Assembly (NCBI RefSeq): GCF_000019345.1
Contig: NC_010503.1
Coordinates: 240,001-272,000 of the forward strand
Source of the DNA: Ureaplasma parvum serovar 3 str. ATCC 27815
Lineage (GTDB): Bacteria > Bacillota_I > Bacilli_A > Mycoplasmatales > Mycoplasmoidaceae
Length of the DNA stretch: 32,000 nucleotides
Direction of reading: 5' to 3'
Shown: piece by piece, positions 31,748-32,000 of the stretch
How the letters are laid out: every line of letters begins with the position of its first letter
Position numbering within the stretch: the stretch's first letter is position 1
The notes under the pieces: model-generated
What the model was told of the DNA's origin: nothing
The model's database searches: none
Seen by the model: the letters and a program-made list of their open reading frames with translations, nothing else
Made by a program: the position numbers and the translations under genes

Positions 31748-32000
31748 ATGAAAAAATGACAAAAAATTTTAACAATTGCACTACCAACTAGTTTATTAGT
31801 TGCTATTCCAATTGTTGTTGCTTCATGTTCTACTAAGAGTGAAGCACAAAAAGAATTTGAAAAAACTTATAAAGAATATTTAAGTTGATTAGACAAATTA
31901 GCTTCAAAAATGCCAGCACTTAAAGAAGCTTTTAGTACTTTGAAAGAAGAAATTAATAAACAAATCAATAAGAGTGAAAAATTATCTGATGAAGCGTATA
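31748..32000 (+). CDS. putative lipoprotein, 5' part (runs off window)
   Basis: MKKWQKILTIALPTSLLVAIPIVVASCSTKSEAQKEFEKTYKEYLSWLDKLASKMPALKEAFSTLKEEINKQINKSEKL: lipobox VVASC. Confidence 0.88.

Noticed and set aside
1-32000. CRISPR array, tRNA/rRNA, prophage, IS element or restriction system
   Set aside because: No spaced direct repeats, no cloverleaf with a convincing T-arm seen, no transposase or phage genes. The only mobility-type gene is the XerC-like recombinase, which looks chromosomal.

Overview
The window is AT-rich mollicute DNA using genetic code 4 (UGA=Trp), which is why the supplied ORF track splits most genes. Gene content and order (tandem Amt ammonium transporters, XerC-like recombinase, MBA-type lipoproteins) point to Ureaplasma, probably close to U. 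parvum/urealyticum. This assignment is by recognition; I ran no search. After rejoining ORFs across in-frame TGA, the order is: metG 3' end; a Pst phosphate transporter cassette (substrate-binding protein, fused PstC-PstA, pstB, phoU); a small HMA-like protein plus P1B-type metal ATPase; rpsO(-); rnc-plsX-fakA-asp23(-); a 212-aa unknown protein(-); rpmB(+); rpmA-prp-rplU(-); gmk; an RlmN-family protein without its radical-SAM cysteines; PP2C phosphatase; Ser/Thr kinase; rsgA; two tandem amt genes; a membrane protein; fhs; a tyrosine recombinase; an APC-type permease; and two lipoproteins, the last truncated by the window end. Most of this is conserved chromosome. I found no CRISPR, phage or defence island and no convincing novel multi-gene system. 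The best leads are the intact but apparently catalytically dead RlmN homologue, a (TA)8 tract inside the promoter spacer of a surface-lipoprotein gene, mosaic near-identity between the two amt genes, a possible structured L21 leader, and a 212-aa unknown protein hidden by the code-1 ORF calling.
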